DNA from: Eubacteriales bacterium
GTDB taxonomy: Bacteria > Bacillota > Clostridia > Oscillospirales > CAG-272
Length of the DNA: 39,641 bases
Direction: 5' to 3'
Assembly: GCA_045660565.1 (NCBI GenBank)
Contig: JAZRDX010000180.1
Span: 1 to 39,641, forward strand
Within the stretch, counting starts at the first letter, position 1. Every line of letters starts with the position of its first letter. This document shows, one piece after another, positions 37,361 through 39,641 of this stretch. The notes under the pieces were generated by a model. It made no database searches and was not told the DNA's origin. It saw nothing but the letters and a program-made list of their open reading frames with translations. The position numbers and the translations under genes were made by a program.

Positions 37361-38074
37361 ATGATCATTTTACCTGCGATAGATATACTTGACGGAAAAG
37401 CGGTAAGGCTTTATCAGGGAGCCTACGAAACCGCTGAAAAGGTTGCCGAGGACCCGTTCCTTGCCGCCAAAAGATTTGAAGAGGCGGGAGCGGAGTACCT
37501 TCATCTCGTTGACCTTTCTGGCGCAAAGTCGGGAAGCACCGACGGTTGGGAGCTGATAACAGCCATTGCCCGCTCGGTTGGTATGAAAACCGAGGTCGGC
37601 GGCGGTATCCGTTCAATGGAGACAATAAAAAGCTACCTTGAAAACGGTGTTGACAGAGTTATACTCGGAACGGCGGCTATAAACAATAAAGCGCTTCTTT
37701 CAGAGGCAGTGTCAGCTTACGGAGACAGAATTATTGTCGGTATCGATGCAAGAAACGGTAAGGTAAGCGTTTCTGGCTGGACGAGCGATTCCGACATTGA
37801 TTACATTGACCTTGCCAAGGAATGCGAGAACATAGGGGTGAAAAACATTATTTTCACCGATATAAGCCGCGACGGCTCACTTAAAGGCCCTAACCTTGAT
37901 ATGCTTAAAAAGCTTTCGGAGAGTGTAAGCTGTGATATAACGGCGTCAGGCGGAATAAAGAGCATCGACGATATAATAGCGCTTCGTAAAATGAACCTCT
38001 ATGGCGCAATATGCGGAAAATCGCTGTACAGCGGTACGCTTAGCCTTGCCGAGGCTCTTGAAAAGGCAAGATAA
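37361..38074 (+). CDS. hisA: ProFAR isomerase
   Basis: ILPAIDI..AVRLYQG, LHLVDL, EVGGGIRS, TDISRDG, ASGGI. Confidence 0.97.
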   Translation: MIILPAIDILDGKAVRLYQGAYETAEKVAEDPFLAAKRFEEAGAEYLHLVDLSGAKSGSTDGWELITAIARSVGMKTEVGGGIRSMETIKSYLENGVDRVILGTAAINNKALLSEAVSAYGDRIIVGIDARNGKVSVSGWTSDSDIDYIDLAKECENIGVKNIIFTDISRDGSLKGPNLDMLKKLSESVSCDITASGGIKSIDDIIALRKMNLYGAICGKSLYSGTLSLAEALEKAR

Positions 38075-38149
38075 GCGATATGAGGTTTTCGGGAGTAACC
38101 GTAAATCTCTGAACTAAAGAATTTATTTCAAAAACTAAGGATTCAGAAA

Positions 38150-38905
38150 ATGATAACCAAAAGAATAATACCCTGCCTTGACGTAAAAAACGGCAGAGTT
38201 GTTAAAGGAACTAATTTCGTAAATCTGCGCGACGCGGGAGATCCCGTCGAAGCGGCGAGACTTTATAACGAGCAGGGCGCGGACGAGCTTGTTTTTCTTG
38301 ATATAACCGCCTCAAACGAGGAAAGAAAAACCATAGTAGACGTCGTTGAAAGAACGGCAAGAGAGGTGTTTATGCCCCTTACCGTCGGCGGCGGTATCAG
38401 AAGCGTTGAGGATTTCCGTACCATACTCCTTGCGGGGGCCGATAAGGTAGCGGTAAACTCTGCGGCGGTTAAGGATAAGTATCTTCTCTCACGCGCGGCG
38501 GATAAATTCGGTAATCAGTGCGTTGTAATTGCCATTGACGCAAAAAAGACGGACGAGGGCTTCCACGTATTTATAAACGGCGGAAGAATTGATACGGGAA
38601 TAGACGCTATCGAATGGGCGCGGGAAGCGGAAAAGCTCGGTGCGGGTGAGATACTGCTTACGAGTATGGACGCTGACGGAACCAAGGCGGGCTTTGATAT
38701 TGCTCTTACGAGAGCGGTAACAGACGCGGTAAATATACCGGTAATAGCATCGGGCGGCGGCGGCGCTTTACAGCACTTTAAGACGGTGTTTGACGAGGCG
38801 CACGCGGATGCGGCGCTTGCGGCATCTCTGTTCCATTATAAGGAGCTTACCGTTGGTCAGGTAAAGGATTATCTTGCAGAGTGTAATATACCGGTAAGAA
38901 GATAA
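38150..38905 (+). CDS. hisF: Imidazole glycerol phosphate synthase, cyclase subunit
   Basis: [49 protein letters not shown]. Confidence 0.98.
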   Translation: MITKRIIPCLDVKNGRVVKGTNFVNLRDAGDPVEAARLYNEQGADELVFLDITASNEERKTIVDVVERTAREVFMPLTVGGGIRSVEDFRTILLAGADKVAVNSAAVKDKYLLSRAADKFGNQCVVIAIDAKKTDEGFHVFINGGRIDTGIDAIEWAREAEKLGAGEILLTSMDADGTKAGFDIALTRAVTDAVNIPVIASGGGGALQHFKTVFDEAHADAALAASLFHYKELTVGQVKDYLAECNIPVRR

Positions 38906-38932
38906 ATAATATTTGAGATGTTATTTTATAAT

Positions 38933-38957
38933 GTAGGGACCGGCGTCTCGACGGTCT
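38933..38957 (+). repeat. Solo degenerate copy of the GTAG-REP
   Basis: GTAGGGACCGGCGTCTCGACGGTCT, nearly identical to unit A at 25710. Confidence 0.85.
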
Positions 38958-39023
38958 GTTTTAAAAAAGCGAGGATTTATTTTAAACGATAATAGCCATT
39001 TTTGTGGCGGAACGGAGTTAAAA

Positions 39024-39641
39024 ATGGAAGACTTAAAGGTATTTTTCAAAAAGGGAGAGCTTATTCCCGCTATTGTACAGGACTATAAAACCAAAGAGGT
39101 TTTGATGCTTGCGTATATGAACGAGGAGTCTCTCGGTAAAACCCTTGAAACGGGATACACCTGGTTTTACAGCAGAAGCAGGGGAGAGCTTTGGAATAAG
39201 GGCGCGACCTCAGGCAACACTCAGAGAGTTATAAAAATTGATTACGACTGCGATGAGGATACTCTGCTTGTACTTGTTGAACAGAACGGCGCGGCGTGTC
39301 ATACCGGTAACAGAAGCTGCTTTTACCGTACTTTAAAAGAAAACGAAGAGGTTCCGGACGTAAATCCGCTTGTATCTCTTGAAGCGGTTATTGACGACAG
39401 AAAGGTAAACCCCGAGGAAGGCTCGTATACCTGCTACCTTTTTGAAAAGGGAATTGATAAGGTTCTTAAGAAGGTAGGAGAGGAGTGCGCAGAGACAATA
39501 ATCGCGGCGAAGAACGGAGACCTTACCGAGCTTAACGGCGAGGTAAACGACCTCTTTTATCACGTTATGGTAATGATGAACATCTGCGGTCTTTCGCTCG
39601 ACGAGGTACAGAAGGAAATGGAAATCCGCGCCAAAAAGATC
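39024..39641 (+). CDS. hisIE: Bifunctional PR-AMP cyclohydrolase / PR-ATP pyrophosphohydrolase, cut by the window end
   Basis: Not in the ORF track. Manual translation [75 protein letters not shown]. Confidence 0.95.
   Translation, partial: MEDLKVFFKKGELIPAIVQDYKTKEVLMLAYMNEESLGKTLETGYTWFYSRSRGELWNKGATSGNTQRVIKIDYDCDEDTLLVLVEQNGAACHTGNRSCFYRTLKENEEVPDVNPLVSLEAVIDDRKVNPEEGSYTCYLFEKGIDKVLKKVGEECAETIIAAKNGDLTELNGEVNDLFYHVMVMMNICGLSLDEVQKEMEIRAKKI

Overview
Chromosomal, mostly housekeeping window from an anaerobic Bacillota (Clostridia-like) genome, judged from PolC, a T-box leader, sigma-A consensus promoters and the dxr-rseP-ispG-polC order. The left arm (minus strand) carries an HPr-family gene lacking the His15 phosphoacceptor, then uvrC, rsmD, coaD and rsmH (cut by the window edge). 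Divergent from it is a T-box-controlled paaK-iorA-iorB-ACT operon. Next come a small DUF6514-like gene, an aldose epimerase/YqeG/endonuclease IV-like cluster, a flotillin, an Xaa-Pro peptidase and a GH36 glycosidase. The rpsB-tsf-(inserted sugar epimerase)-pyrH-frr-uppS-cdsA-dxr-rseP-ispG-polC cluster follows, then hisZGDCBHAF(IE). I saw no transposase, phage, CRISPR, rRNA or tRNA gene. The most interesting signals are (1) T-box control, possibly Phe-specific, of an aryl-acid CoA ligase/2-oxoacid:ferredoxin oxidoreductase module, which implies an anabolic CO2-fixing amino acid route; (2) the Crh-like HPr; and (3) several families of intergenic repeats (GTAG-REPs, a heptamer array, a folded element). 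All calls come from reading motifs by eye; no searches were run.
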